Numbered from the stretch's first letter, positions 30,952 through 41,568 are shown. The stretch: 64,000 nucleotides of DNA from an uncultured bacterium (GCA_963839205.1 CAWITU010000002.1:75034-139033); one strand, 5' to 3'. Program-made: numbers and translations. Notes: a model not told the origin generated them from the letters alone.

Positions 30952-31273
30952 GGATAATTTCTACAATTAGCTGTTAATTTATGTGACAAGTATATCAAAA
31001 CAAATTCCTTAAACGAAAAGAAAAAACTGTGTCTATTGCTCTTCTCCAAGTTAAAAAATGTTTGTCAATATTGCAAGCGTGGCGATAAGGTCTACAATGG
31101 TTTTATTGTCATTTGTCGAGTGAAAAACTCGGAGTCCCTTAAATAAGGATTGGAAGTGAGGTTCAATCCCTCCACTGTGCCGCAACGGTAATGCCCCATT
31201 TGGGGACAAGTCCGGTCATCTAGTGACATTATTCCCGAGCAGGATATAAGTTGGTACTTATATAAGGAATTCA

Positions 31274-31297
31274 AGCTCTGCTTCGCAGAGTTTTTTA
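31274..31297 (+). terminator. Intrinsic terminator ending an unannotated plus-strand transcript
   Basis: ctctgc-ttcg-gcagag followed by tttttt. Confidence 0.55.
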
Positions 31298-31386
31298 TTT
31301 GTCTAAAAAATATTTATGAAGAAAAAAAGAATATTTTATAAAATCTTTGTAAACAGGCACGATTTTTATAATCACCCTTATTTTTA

Positions 31387-31800
31387 TTGTTGGATTTTTA
31401 CATTCGTCTCCCAGAAAATAGTTCAATTTCTACGGTTCCACCTAGTAGTAATCAAATAGATGAAGTTGTGTCACCACAAGTTAGTGTATCAAAGGTTGCG
31501 ACCACGACTTCAGTTAAAAAAATCAGCCCTTCAATCGAAATTAATTTTATTGTCGGCACTTCGACCCATACTGTCGAAGTGCCGAGCGGTTCAACTGTCT
31601 ACGATGCGATGAATATTTTAGCTTCCACAACTCCATTTAGTTTTGTTTCAACATATTATTCTGGTCTTGGTTATTTTGTTCAAGAAATTAATGGAATAAA
31701 AAATTCAAACAATATGTATTGGACTCTTTTATGTTAATGGAAAGTACTCAAACAGTCGGCGCTTCGGATTATGTGCTTTCCCAAAATGATAATGTCGAGT
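31387..31800 (+). pseudogene. DUF4430-domain protein (transcobalamin/BtuG-like fold), one apparent frameshift
   Basis: 'GYFVQEINGIKNSNNMYWTL' then, in another frame, 'YVNGKYS..VGASDYVLSQNDNVEWRYE', which is the DUF4430 signature (WxYxVNG...GDxIxWxY). Confidence 0.45.
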
Positions 31801-31829
31801 GGAGATATGAAAAATAATATGTCGAATAT

Positions 31830-33560
31830 GAAAAAAACTTTAGTCATTGTTATCTGCCTCGTAATTTTTTTACCAACATTTCATTGTGCATTTGCTGATG
31901 ACACGTCGACTTCAACAACAGATATTATTGATGCTTCATCTACTGATGCTACAACTACTGATAACACCATCACTTCGACATCAACTACAGATATTGCCTC
32001 CTCGACTGACTCTGGGGTATCGACAACGACAGTTGCAACTAATTTGGGAACTGTTCATCTTGATGTTCGGTATCAAGATACTACTGGTATTTGATGGAAA
32101 TGTTGCTTTACCAGTGGCTACAACTACCACTCTCGATGATTCGAGTGGGGTTGCTCATCCAATTTCCTCTAACAGTGCCTTATATCTATTGTCACTGGTC
32201 CAAGCTTCGTCATCAAATGCTTTCTCAATCAGTGACTTACAATACTATTCTTCATTTGGTGAGTTTTATATAAATTGCCTAGATATACAGGCCTCTTCTA
32301 CGATTCATGCTTGCGCAAATTGGCAATACGCAGTTAATGGATCTAATCCGTCTGAAGGCTCTGATCAGTATATAGCCACAGGAAATGACAATATTTATTT
32401 TTACTATGGTAATCAGAGACAGTTTTCCGTTTCAGCTACTAGCACTGACACTGTTACTCCTGCCACGGTCACTGTTCAAAAATATGATTACACTAATAAT
32501 TCATGGATACCTCTTGCTGGAGAAATTGTAGATGCCACGCAACCAAATCCGAATGACCAGTGGAATCCATTTATTATTGCGACCTCTACAAGTGATGCTG
32601 GTGGTACAGCAGAACTTCTTCTAACCAATCCAGGGATTTATAATATTGGACTTTCTGACGAGGTTTTTATCCGACCGCTCTTACTGTTTCGACTTCTACC
32701 GCTTCTTCAACTGACGGACTCGACAACTACAACAACGCCTCCTCCAGTTGTAATATCAGGTGGTGGAGGGGGAAGTGGTGGTGAATAATTCATAACGCAT
32801 TTGATTTGAATAAGGCTTTACAATTTATTTCTTCAAATCAAAGCAGTGACGGGTCATTTGGGGGAAGTATGTATACAGACTGGGTTGCGATTGCCCTCGC
32901 TTCGTTACCAGATAGTAATAGTCAGAGATAAAATTGTAAGTTTTCATAAAATTGAACCAAATGTTGAAGAGAGCGTCACAGATTATGAAAGAGATGCCAT
33001 GGCACTCGAAGCTCTCGGTATTAATCCATACACAGGAACTTCAGTTAATTATATTCAGCCAATTATCTCGGCATATGACGGGACTAAAATAGGAGATCCA
33101 ACTTTGGTGAATAATGATATCTTTGCAATTTTTCCACTCATGAAAGCAGGATATTCTTCCAATGATCCTATAATTCAAAAAACGATTGCCTATATTATTT
33201 CGGAGCAAAATTTAGACGGTTCATGGGCAGAAAGTGTAGATCTCACAGCGGCAGCAATTCAGGCATTTCTCTTAACACCTTCAATAAGTGGAGTAAGTCA
33301 GTCAATTAATAACGCTCGTCAGTATCTAGTAGAAAATCAGCAAGCTGATGGAGGATTCGGTTCAGTGGATTCTACGAGCTGGGTCTCTTCAAGCCATTGC
33401 TTCCTTGAATGAATCAAGATACAAATTGGCTTAAGGGTAGCAATGACCCGCAAGATTATCTTTATAACAATCAGCAAAACGATGGGGGGATTGATAGTAC
33501 TTCTACTCCAATATATACAAGGATATGGTCAACAGCCTATGCAATTCCGGCGGCTTCCAA
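31830..33560 (+). pseudogene. Secreted surface protein: Thr/Ser-rich linker, DUF4430-like domain and prenyltransferase/terpene-cyclase-like QxxDGxW/F repeats; at least 3 frameshifts
   Basis: Signal peptide 'MKKTLVIVICLVIFLPTFHCAFA'. 'ANWQYAVNGSNPSEGSDQYIATGNDNIYFYYG' is DUF4430-like. Repeats 'SSDGSFGGSMYTDWVAIAL', 'EQNLDGSWAES', 'ENQQADGGFGS' and 'NQQNDGGIDS' lie in different frames (ORFs 31771, 31886, 32846, 33409). Confidence 0.45.
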
Positions 33561-33996
33561 CAAAACCTGGGCATCAATTTTGACTTCATTTCCTGAGCCA
33601 AGCTACACAACTTCTAATAATGGAGGACAAGTGCCAGCCACCACCCAGATTTTATGTGAATCAGGCGACAAGTACTCCTATAGTCCAAAATCCACAAATT
33701 CAGGCACAATTGAGTACACTAGTACCACAACAATTTCGGTCATTCCTGTGTATACAAAAATAACTAAACATATTATCCTTACTAAGCGGATTGCTTACTT
33801 AAAAATCAAAATCAACCAGTTCGCAACGTCGCCAATTCAGAAAGTGAAAGAAATAAATAACACTGATTTTACCGCTGATATTGGAGCGAAGTCAGGGTTG
33901 GGGAGCAAATTGGTTTGTGGTGGGGTAAGATATTATCGTCATGTCATCACATATTTTTGGGAAAATATTTTCCTTTTAAAAATTAATATCATATTT

Positions 33997-34527
33997 ATGT
34001 CACGCAAATCATCATTGCTCATCGCTTCAGCACTAGTTGTCATCGGAGTAGCATGTAGACTCTTGCCTCATCTTTGGAATATGACACCAATGCTCGCAAT
34101 CGCTCTCTTTTCGACAACTTATTTAGGCTTCTACTATTCATTTGCAATTTCAATCTTGATTATGGGTGTTTCGGATTTCTTTATTGGTTTTTACGATTGG
34201 AGAGTTATGCTCGCTGTATATGGAAGTTTTATTTTAGGAGCTCTAATTGGACTATTTATTCAAAAAAACAAAACAGTTGCGACTATTTTTCTAAGCACTT
34301 GTGGAGCATCTTTAATTTTCTTCTTAGTGACAAATTTTGCTGTCTGGGAATTTGGAACGATGTACGTTCACTCGTTTGTAGGCCTCACGCAATCATATGT
34401 AATGGGTATTCCTTTCTTTAAAGATTCTCTAGTTGGTGATCTTATGTACACGGGAGTATTCTTTGGAGCCTTTGAAGCCATCCGATTCTTTAGTCTAAAT
34501 AAAATAAATAGAGCCATACGTGTATGA
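33997..34527 (+). CDS. Small polytopic membrane protein (ECF-transporter S-component-like; possible cobalamin/vitamin uptake)
   Basis: Internal Met of track ORF 33409-34527 ('MSRKSSLLIASALVVIGVACRLLPHLWNMTPMLAIALF...'). ~5 TM helices. Lies downstream of the DUF4430 genes. Confidence 0.35.
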   Translation: MSRKSSLLIASALVVIGVACRLLPHLWNMTPMLAIALFSTTYLGFYYSFAISILIMGVSDFFIGFYDWRVMLAVYGSFILGALIGLFIQKNKTVATIFLSTCGASLIFFLVTNFAVWEFGTMYVHSFVGLTQSYVMGIPFFKDSLVGDLMYTGVFFGAFEAIRFFSLNKINRAIRV

Positions 34528-35198
34528 AATTCGTAACTGTTAGTGATCCTAAAATCGGTGTCGTTGCTGTAGTTAGTAAAATTCGAGATTTAGTAAAAGA
34601 TGGAAAGAGGGTTCTCTGGCTGGTTCCTGGTGGATCAAATATTCCTATTTCAGTTGAGATTCTTAGCCATTTGATAGTGGATATTGATAGAGAACATCTA
34701 AAAAAACATTTATCAGTTATGTTGACCGATGAGCGCTATGGTCATGTTGGTCACGCCGATTCAAATTGGCAACAATTAATAGATCACGGATTTAATTTTG
34801 ATTTTGTTAATCCTGTTCCAACGCTTTCGGGCTTATCATTTGAAGAAACTGTAAAAAAGTTTGGCGAGAATGCTGAAGAAAGATTTCAAAATGCCGACGC
34901 CATTATCGGGCAATTCGGCGTCGGCCATGACGGTCATATCGCCGGAATTATTCCTCATTCTCCAGTAGTAGGCACACTTAAATCAGCTGAAGGTTTTAAA
35001 TCTGACAAATTTGTGAGAATTACTTTAACTCCACATGTATTATCTAGAGTCACCGTTGCTTATGCTTTTGTGTCCGGTGAATCTAAAAAAGTGGCTTTAA
35101 TTAATCTAAAAGAAAAAGACCTTTCATTAGATGAAGAACCATGTCAAATTTTGAAAAAAATTGGAGAAAGTTATGTTTATACTGACCAAATAGTCTAA
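34524..35198 (+). CDS. 6-phosphogluconolactonase / glucosamine-6-P deaminase superfamily protein (putative)
   Basis: 'VLWLVPGGSNIP' and 'LTDERYGHV' resemble the Pgl/NagB family. Confidence 0.45.
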   Translation: MKFVTVSDPKIGVVAVVSKIRDLVKDGKRVLWLVPGGSNIPISVEILSHLIVDIDREHLKKHLSVMLTDERYGHVGHADSNWQQLIDHGFNFDFVNPVPTLSGLSFEETVKKFGENAEERFQNADAIIGQFGVGHDGHIAGIIPHSPVVGTLKSAEGFKSDKFVRITLTPHVLSRVTVAYAFVSGESKKVALINLKEKDLSLDEEPCQILKKIGESYVYTDQIV

Positions 35199-35223
35199 GC
35201 ATTTTCGTGATACAATTTATTTT

Positions 35224-36050
35224 ATGATTACCTACATACAAGCAATTATTCTGGGACTCCTTCAGGGATTAACTGAACTTTTTCCAGTTTCTAGTCTCGG
35301 GCATAGTGTAATTTTGCCATCGCTATTACATTGGAATATTGATCAATCCTCTGATTCTTTTTTAATTTTTATTGTTCTAACTCATCTTGCAACAGCAGTT
35401 GCTCTTCTCACTTTTTTCTGGAAAGAGTGGGTTCATATTGTTGTTGGTTTTTTCCGATCAATTTTTAAATTCAATATTGGGAGTGATTGTTCGGCCAAAA
35501 TGGCTTGGCTTATTATCGTGGGTACAATCCCAGCAGGTTTAGTTGGTCTAGTTTTTCAGAAAAAAATTCAAGGGTTTATTTGCTTCGCCAGTTTTGGTGT
35601 CAGCAGTTTTGATTTTAAATGGGCTAATGCTTTTTGGGGCAGAATTTTTGAGACGAAGGAAATGAAAAAAGTGTTATTGAAATGACTTGGTTTCAAGCAA
35701 TTTTAACTGGTATTGCCCAATGTTTAGCCCTTATTCCAGGATTTTCGAGAACTGGTTCTACAATATCAGCCGGGCTTGCAGAAGGGTTGTCCCATGAATC
35801 GGCAGCCAGATTTTCTTTCTTTTTAGCTACCCCAATTATTTTGGCGGCCGCTCTTCTTAAATTACCTCACGTGGTTCTTCACCCAAATATGGCATTAGTT
35901 GGTCCATCAATCGTTGGGGCCATATTTTCAGCGGCCGCCGCCTATTTCTCTACCCGTTTTCTTTCCAAATATTTCAAAACAAAAACTCTTACCCCATTTG
36001 CTATTTATTGTGTCTTGTTTGGTGCCTTGAGTTTGATTGTTCTACACTAG
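35224..36050 (+). pseudogene. uppP: Undecaprenyl-diphosphatase (BacA/UppP) split by a frameshift near 35580-35690
   Basis: N-terminal ORF 'IQAIILGLLQGLTELFPVSSLGHSV'. C-terminal ORF 35682-36050 'WFQAILTGIAQCLALIPGFSRTGSTISAGL'. Confidence 0.7.
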
Positions 36051-36538
36051 AACTTATTTGATTTATCAAACATCTCGTTAAAAAATTCCTGAACATCTAT
36101 CCCATTTCTTAATTTGTTTCTTTTTCGTACATGGTATTCAGCGATTGAATAAGCTCTAATGAAAAAAGAATTTTTAGACCCAAGCCAGACCATGTCTGTT
36201 AGTAGATGAAAAAGCATACCCGCAAGGATGGTCATAAAAAACCAATAACTGACAAATAAAGCCAGTAGATACACCAAGATAAACATTTCAGCAGTATGCA
36301 TCAAGCTAAATCCAAGATTGCGCCGATCTGGTTCACTTTTCATCATGGCGTCATAATATCTAAACATTCTTCGTGGACTCCAATCTTTGCCTTTAGTTTT
36401 CCAAAGATAGTCCAAATAATGATCGCAGTCTATTAGTACAGCAGATGCCCAGAAAAGTAAGCTTTGCGGTATTCCCCAAAAAGGTAATAAGGCAACTGCC
36501 GCTACTCCTCCAAGTACAATATGTCCAGGTAATCTCAT
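36047..36538 (-). CDS. Membrane-bound metal-dependent hydrolase (YdjM/DUF457-like), putative
   Basis: 'MRLPGHIVLGG' start and 'LIDCDHYLDYL'. 4 TM. Confidence 0.4.
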   Translation of the reverse strand: MRLPGHIVLGGVAAVALLPFWGIPQSLLFWASAVLIDCDHYLDYLWKTKGKDWSPRRMFRYYDAMMKSEPDRRNLGFSLMHTAEMFILVYLLALFVSYWFFMTILAGMLFHLLTDMVWLGSKNSFFIRAYSIAEYHVRKRNKLRNGIDVQEFFNEMFDKSNKF

Positions 36539-36604
36539 AGGCTCACAGTATACATCTTCATTTTATTTTTTAAAAAGTCTTTGTGATATGATGAATAAAC
36601 TTTT

Positions 36605-37903
36605 ATGACTAGACTTATTGGACAATTTATTTTGGGACTAAGTGATTTGGGGTCACCCTGGCTCTATACTATTATTTTAATTCTTTCTTTCGCAGAAGGA
36701 TTCCCAATTTTTGGTTTTTTTAGTCCAGGAGGAATCAGCTGTCTTTTGGCAGGTGTACTTATAAAAATTTCTGGTCTTAGATTTTATAGCGGTTTGTAAA
36801 TTTCAACGCTCGGGAGCATTTGGTGGTGATATTCTTCGGTTATTTTTTGGGGAATAAATATGGTCACAGTCTTATTGCAAATATGGAAAAATAATTTTTA
36901 GAGAGGAGGAAAAGATAGATACTATGAAAAAAATGATTCACGAGCATCGTGGTAAATCTATTATTGTTGGTCGATTTAATTACATTACAAGATCACTCTC
37001 ACCATTTCTCTGTGGTTCGTCTGGGTAGCCCTTATTTCTTTTCTTACTTATTTGATTTCTTTACGGCTTTTCATGGGTTCTACTTCACGTTATTGCCGGT
37101 TACATTTTTGGCCAAGGATATATGTGGTCGCTGCAAAATATATAAATTATTTTTTAATATTGGCGGTTGTTTTATCCGTGGTGATATTTTATGGTTATCG
37201 TTTCCTTAATAAACAACATCATGTATTTCAAAAAATATCATATTTATACATTGGTTCGTTAACATTATCTCTATTATTTCATTTGGACTTATATCAGACA
37301 GCGTTTCTGAGAGTGGGGCAATCACCCATTTTGATCATGCAATTTATTCTTTCATTCCAATGTTTATGGAATCCAATTGGAATTAGATTAGCTGTTTTTT
37401 TTAGTACATTTGGTAATCCGATAGTAGTAATAACGCTTTTATTGGTTTTAGTTCTATTTCTTTTGATTAATAAAAAGATATTGGCAAAGCCTAATTTTGT
37501 TTTTTGGTTCTGCGTCCGCATTAATCTTTGAAGTTTTAATTAAATATGTCACACAGTATTGCACGCCCATCGCCATCTTTAATTCCAACCACATTTAAAT
37601 AGCTTTCCGAGTGGTCACGCAGTTATTGTGAGTGTATTTGCCACGTTTGTTATTTACTGTTTTTGGAATGATATTAAATCTGTCTGGGGCAAATATGTTT
37701 TGGTTATTGGTTCAATTTTATTTGCATTACTTGTTGGAGCTAGTCGAGTTTATCTTGATACTCATTGGATGAGTGATGTTTTGGCTGGATATGCCATCGG
37801 TGTATTTTGGGTGACTTTTTTTGTTCTAATCATTCAAGTACCGATTTTTATTAGACGTGGACTCTTACTTCTACTTGAAAAGGATATTTTGACAAAGGTG
37901 TAA
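36605..37903 (+). pseudogene. DedA (VTT domain) - PAP2 phosphatase membrane protein region, multiple frameshifts
   Basis: DedA-like 'ILSFAEGFPIFGFFSPGGISCLLAGVL' (36605 ORF). PAP2 motifs 'SFPSGHA' (~37604-37620) and 'SRVYLDTHWMSDVLAGY' (37628 ORF). The intervening ORFs 36949 and 37052 are in other frames. Confidence 0.45.
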
Positions 37904-37923
37904 TTAAAGTTTAGTTTAGTTAT

Positions 37924-38829
37924 ATGGCAAAAATTCTTTCCGGCAAAATTCTTCGGGATAAATACGCGCTTCGACTTATGGAGCAAATTTCGACATTTAA
38001 GAAGGCACCAACTCTTGCAATTATCCAAGTTGGAAATCTTCCAGAATCCACTGCCTATATAAACCAAAAGAATATTTTTGGCTTAAAAATTGGTGCCACT
38101 GTTAAGCATATTGTATTTCCAGTTAATGTTTCTGAGGGAGAATTGATTAAAAAAATTAGAATTCTTAATAAAGATAAAGGAGTTCATGGAATTATAATTC
38201 AATTGCCGATATCAAAAGGATTAAATGTGAATAATATTATTGAATCAATTGATCCGATTAAAGATGTTGACGGTTTGCATTCACTAAATATGAAAATGAT
38301 TTGTGCTGGAAATGAAAAAGACGCTTTTGTTCCAGCAACTGCCAAAGGAATCATAAATTTGCTAGAGGAATACAAGATTCCAATTTCAGGAAAGAAATTT
38401 TTAGTAATCGGAAGATCAATGTTGGTAGGGAAGCCAACTGCACTTGTTCTACTTAATAGAAATGCAACAGTTACGGTGGCCCATCATATGACAAAACCAA
38501 ATGATTTGAAGAAAATGGCGAAAGAGGCCGACGGCGTCGTCGTCGCCGTCGGCCGCCCGCTCTTTTTCGGCCCTTCCTACTTCCGGAAGGGCCAGACCGT
38601 TATTGATGTCGGCATTAATCTAATAAACCCCACAACGCTCCAGCTTCGCGGGGCAGGAAAGGGTCTCAAAGAAGAAATCTCTAGCAAGAAAAAATTAGTC
38701 GGCGACGTCGATTTCGATAAAGTCAGTAAAATTGTTAAAGCCATCACTCCTGTTCCCGGTGGCGTTGGTGCTATGACTGTCGCTGCCTTATTTGAGAATT
38801 TAATTTCCGCATATCAGAGACAAATGTGA
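37924..38829 (+). CDS. folD: Bifunctional methylene-THF dehydrogenase / methenyl-THF cyclohydrolase
   Basis: 'YINQKNIFGLKIGA', 'GRSMLVGKPTALVLL', 'PVPGGVGAMTVAAL'. Contains an atypically GC-rich palindrome at 38527-38553. Confidence 0.85.
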   Translation: MAKILSGKILRDKYALRLMEQISTFKKAPTLAIIQVGNLPESTAYINQKNIFGLKIGATVKHIVFPVNVSEGELIKKIRILNKDKGVHGIIIQLPISKGLNVNNIIESIDPIKDVDGLHSLNMKMICAGNEKDAFVPATAKGIINLLEEYKIPISGKKFLVIGRSMLVGKPTALVLLNRNATVTVAHHMTKPNDLKKMAKEADGVVVAVGRPLFFGPSYFRKGQTVIDVGINLINPTTLQLRGAGKGLKEEISSKKKLVGDVDFDKVSKIVKAITPVPGGVGAMTVAALFENLISAYQRQM

Positions 38830-38842
38830 TATAATTTTTTGT

Positions 38843-39358
38843 ATGTCTTTAAGAACTAATAAAGGTTTTACCCTTATCGAACTCCTAGTCGTTATCGCTA
38901 TCATTGGTATTTTGGCTGGAATCATATTAGCGGCTTTGGGCACTTCAAGAAGCAAGGGGAATGATGGGGCGGCTCAATCAGAAATGGATCAAATAAAAAC
39001 TCAAGCAGAAGTTTATTACATCACAAATACAGTAGCACCTAATTCATATGGTGCGACTGGTTTGGTTGGTGTTGCTGTGTGTCCAACATCCGGCTCAAGT
39101 ATGTTTGCGGCCTCCTCTACCAGTGGTGGTTTGGCGGGTCTTATAAGTGCAGTTAATTTAAATGAAGCTTCTACAACAGCCGTAACTTGCGCAGCCGGAG
39201 AACCACCAGCTGGCGGTACGGCTGCTACCTCTTGGGCTGTTTCCACCACTCTTACCACATTTTCAGGAAAATATTTTTGTGTTGATAGTAGCGGCTATTC
39301 TGGGCTCGGAACTAAGAAGGCAACTGGTGGCTATACTGCTGTCGCTTCCTGCCAGTAA
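38843..39358 (+). CDS. Type IV pilin / pseudopilin (prepilin-type N-terminus)
   Basis: 'KGFTLIELLVVIAIIGILAGIILAAL' is a class III signal peptide with G^F cleavage and an E+5. Confidence 0.7.
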   Translation: MSLRTNKGFTLIELLVVIAIIGILAGIILAALGTSRSKGNDGAAQSEMDQIKTQAEVYYITNTVAPNSYGATGLVGVAVCPTSGSSMFAASSTSGGLAGLISAVNLNEASTTAVTCAAGEPPAGGTAATSWAVSTTLTTFSGKYFCVDSSGYSGLGTKKATGGYTAVASCQ

Positions 39359-39417
39359 GGTGTTATAATGCCGCCTAGCGGATTCCCTCGTCGGCTTGTC
39401 ACAGGGTTAATTGATTT

Positions 39418-40272
39418 TTGGCGTATCAATATATTAATAAAAATATGAAAGAATATTTATCTGATAAAAAGGGTTTATTTTTTACTAGTTCAATTGCTTT
39501 AATACTTCTTGCAGTATTTCTTTTAGTCCAGACAGTGGAGTCTTTGAAAACTATCAATACAATTGGCGAGGGTATTGTTCCACAGAATACAATTTCTGTA
39601 AGTGGAGAAGGAGATGTCTACGCTAAGCCAGACATCGCCACTTTTTCTTTTGCGGTTGATGAGACTTCCGATACGGTAGCTGATGCCCAGACTAAAGTTG
39701 ATACTACCGTTTCAAAAATTCTTTCATACTTGAAGAGTCAAGATGTCGCCGACAAAGATATTACCACGGAAGATTATAGTGCTAATCCACAATATCAAAA
39801 TCAATCAGTCGCCTGTCCTCCAACACCATTAATGAGTGGGAATCTGATTGGAAATATAGTAATAAGTTGCCCACCTTCCAATCCGGTCATCGTTGGTTAT
39901 GAAGTTTCTGAAACTATTTCAGTTAAAGTAGAAGACTTAACTAAGGCAGGGACAGTACTTGCCGGAGTCGGTACATATGGAGCGACCGATATTAGCAGTC
40001 TTTCTTTTTCGGTTAGTAACCAAGATGATTTGAATAACCAGGCAAGACAGTCAGCAATCAATCAGGCAAAATCAAAAGCAAATACTTTGGCAAATCAATT
40101 AGGAGTTCAATTGGGAAGATTGGTTAGTTTCTCTGAAAGTGGAAATACGCCATATCCTATCATGTACGCTAAAAATGTTGGTATGGCGGTAGCATCGGTG
40201 CCATCTGCTCAAATTCCACAGGGCCAGAGTGAAACTACCTCGAACGTTACTCTTGTTTATGAGATTAATTAA
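39418..40272 (+). CDS. SIMPL/DUF541 (YggE-like) periplasmic protein
   Basis: N-terminal TM; 'ISVSGEGDVYAKPDIATFSFAVDETSDTVADAQTKVDTTVSKILSYLKSQ'. Confidence 0.6.
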   Translation: MAYQYINKNMKEYLSDKKGLFFTSSIALILLAVFLLVQTVESLKTINTIGEGIVPQNTISVSGEGDVYAKPDIATFSFAVDETSDTVADAQTKVDTTVSKILSYLKSQDVADKDITTEDYSANPQYQNQSVACPPTPLMSGNLIGNIVISCPPSNPVIVGYEVSETISVKVEDLTKAGTVLAGVGTYGATDISSLSFSVSNQDDLNNQARQSAINQAKSKANTLANQLGVQLGRLVSFSESGNTPYPIMYAKNVGMAVASVPSAQIPQGQSETTSNVTLVYEIN

Positions 40273-40440
40273 TTTTTTCCTATTTTTAATTATCCCCAGA
40301 AATTATGGGTATACAATTTTTCTTCCTGTAATCTATGATATTATTAAAGATAAATGAAACATATTCTCAATCTTAGTTCAAAAAAAGAACCAGAGGTCGT
40401 TATCGTTGAAAAAATCATCCTTAAAAAAAGAAGTTTTTTT

Positions 40441-41133
40441 ATGGAGACACTTCGGGTTATCTTGGCAGTTGTTATTGTTTCGGGAACAATATGGGGGGTT
40501 TCTTTTGCTGGTTCTCTCATCCCCCCATCTGGCACCCCATCTAAAACCATGTACACCTTAGATGATATTTATACCCTTGTTACTACTGGCACTACTACGC
40601 CTTCTACAAATTTCACAACTCCCGGATCAGCAACATCAACATTTCACACACTAACAGATATTGTGAATGCTTACCATGTACCAAGTACAACTTCTAATCC
40701 AAATTCTATAGGTCCGTTTGTTTCCGACGGTCAGCCAGACAATGGCTATCTTGATCAGAACACTGGCCTTATTTGGGAAAATACTGATGCGGGACAATAT
40801 CTCTGCTGGGATGGAAACCAAGGTTGTGGACCAATACAAGCCGTGGAGTACTGTCAGTATCTTGATGCCGATGGTGTAACTGTGGATGGTACACCTCAGA
40901 ATATTTGGAGACTACCCACGATTAAAGAATGGGAGTCGGTGTTAGATTACAGTAACGATGCATATAATACATACGGTGTTGCGACCGCGTTGCCGAACAC
41001 TCCCAACGCCTACTATTGGTCGAGTACTGAGTATGCACCCAGCAACTTCTACGCTTGGGTCGTCGGCACCGTCGGTGGTAGTCTGGACGTCTACAACGAG
41101 AACGGCTACGCCCTTGCTCGATGCGTCCGCTAG
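40441..41133 (+). CDS. DGR-2 target protein: secreted DUF1566 (Lcl/TvpA-like CLec fold) protein with C-terminal VR
   Basis: Signal peptide 'METLRVILAVVIVSGTIWGVSFA'. DUF1566 motifs 'TGLIWENTDA', 'WRLPTIKEWESVL' and 'YWSSTEYAP...ALARCVR'. The last ~38 codons equal TR2 except at TR adenines. The track ORF starts upstream at 40354. Confidence 0.85.
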   Translation: METLRVILAVVIVSGTIWGVSFAGSLIPPSGTPSKTMYTLDDIYTLVTTGTTTPSTNFTTPGSATSTFHTLTDIVNAYHVPSTTSNPNSIGPFVSDGQPDNGYLDQNTGLIWENTDAGQYLCWDGNQGCGPIQAVEYCQYLDADGVTVDGTPQNIWRLPTIKEWESVLDYSNDAYNTYGVATALPNTPNAYYWSSTEYAPSNFYAWVVGTVGGSLDVYNENGYALARCVR

Positions 41134-41142
41134 AATTCCTGC
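41000..41142 (+). repeat. DGR-2 variable repeat (VR2)
   Basis: Aligns with 41703-41845 at an offset of 703 nt. About 22 substitutions, all at TR adenines; A to G, T and C all occur. The 3' ~35 nt are identical, including the stop codon. Confidence 0.9.
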
Positions 41143-41164
41143 ATTCTTTGATTCTTTTCTTCTT

Positions 41165-41186
41165 CCGCGCACAAACCTGTGCGCGG
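41165..41186 (+). promoter_or_regulatory. GC-rich stem-loop downstream of VR2 (DGR target-recognition hairpin)
   Basis: ccgcgcaca-aacc-tgtgcgcgg, a 9-bp stem, 23 nt after VR2. No counterpart after TR2. Confidence 0.6.
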
Positions 41187-41208
41187 TGGCTGATGGGACT
41201 TAATCAAT

Positions 41209-41568
41209 ATGTCACAGTACCTTCATTTACCAATATATAATGCAGCCTTTGTCTTTCTGAAAGAACTCAATATGAGGGTACCGAAGTTTGCCAAGCAGTA
41301 TAAATATTTTCTTGGCGGACGGTTGATTGAATACAACGTTGACATAATTCGGTTAATTATTGAAGCGAACAATTGTCGGGATATGTCTCAAAGGGCAATA
41401 GTGCTAGCAAAGCTTTCCGAAAAAATAGAGCTTCTTATACTACATTCTCGGATAGCTGAAGAGCTTGAACAGTGGGGGAATAAGAAAGGGTATTTGTTTT
41501 TGGTCGAAAAATTAGCAGATCTTTCAAAACAAGCCGAGGGTTGGAGAAAATCTTCCCGGAGTTTTTAA
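41209..41568 (+). CDS. Avd accessory variability determinant (DGR-2)
   Basis: 119 aa. 'LPIYNAAFVFLKELNMRVPKFAKQYKYFLGGRLIEYNVDIIRLIIEAN' is the typical Avd N-terminal helix pattern. Basic C-terminus. Confidence 0.75.
   Translation: MSQYLHLPIYNAAFVFLKELNMRVPKFAKQYKYFLGGRLIEYNVDIIRLIIEANNCRDMSQRAIVLAKLSEKIELLILHSRIAEELEQWGNKKGYLFLVEKLADLSKQAEGWRKSSRSF

Noticed and set aside
31150-31185. tRNA gene suggested by the GGTTCAATCC T-arm-like motif
   Set aside because: No complementary 5' acceptor strand (gcacagt) lies within 100 nt upstream, and no D-arm or anticodon-arm arrangement is present.
38527-38553. GC-rich palindrome gccgacggcgtcgtcgtcgccgtcggc as a regulatory site or mobile-element end
   Set aside because: It lies inside the conserved folD reading frame (ADGVVVAVGRP). 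It is most likely a coincidental coding palindrome.
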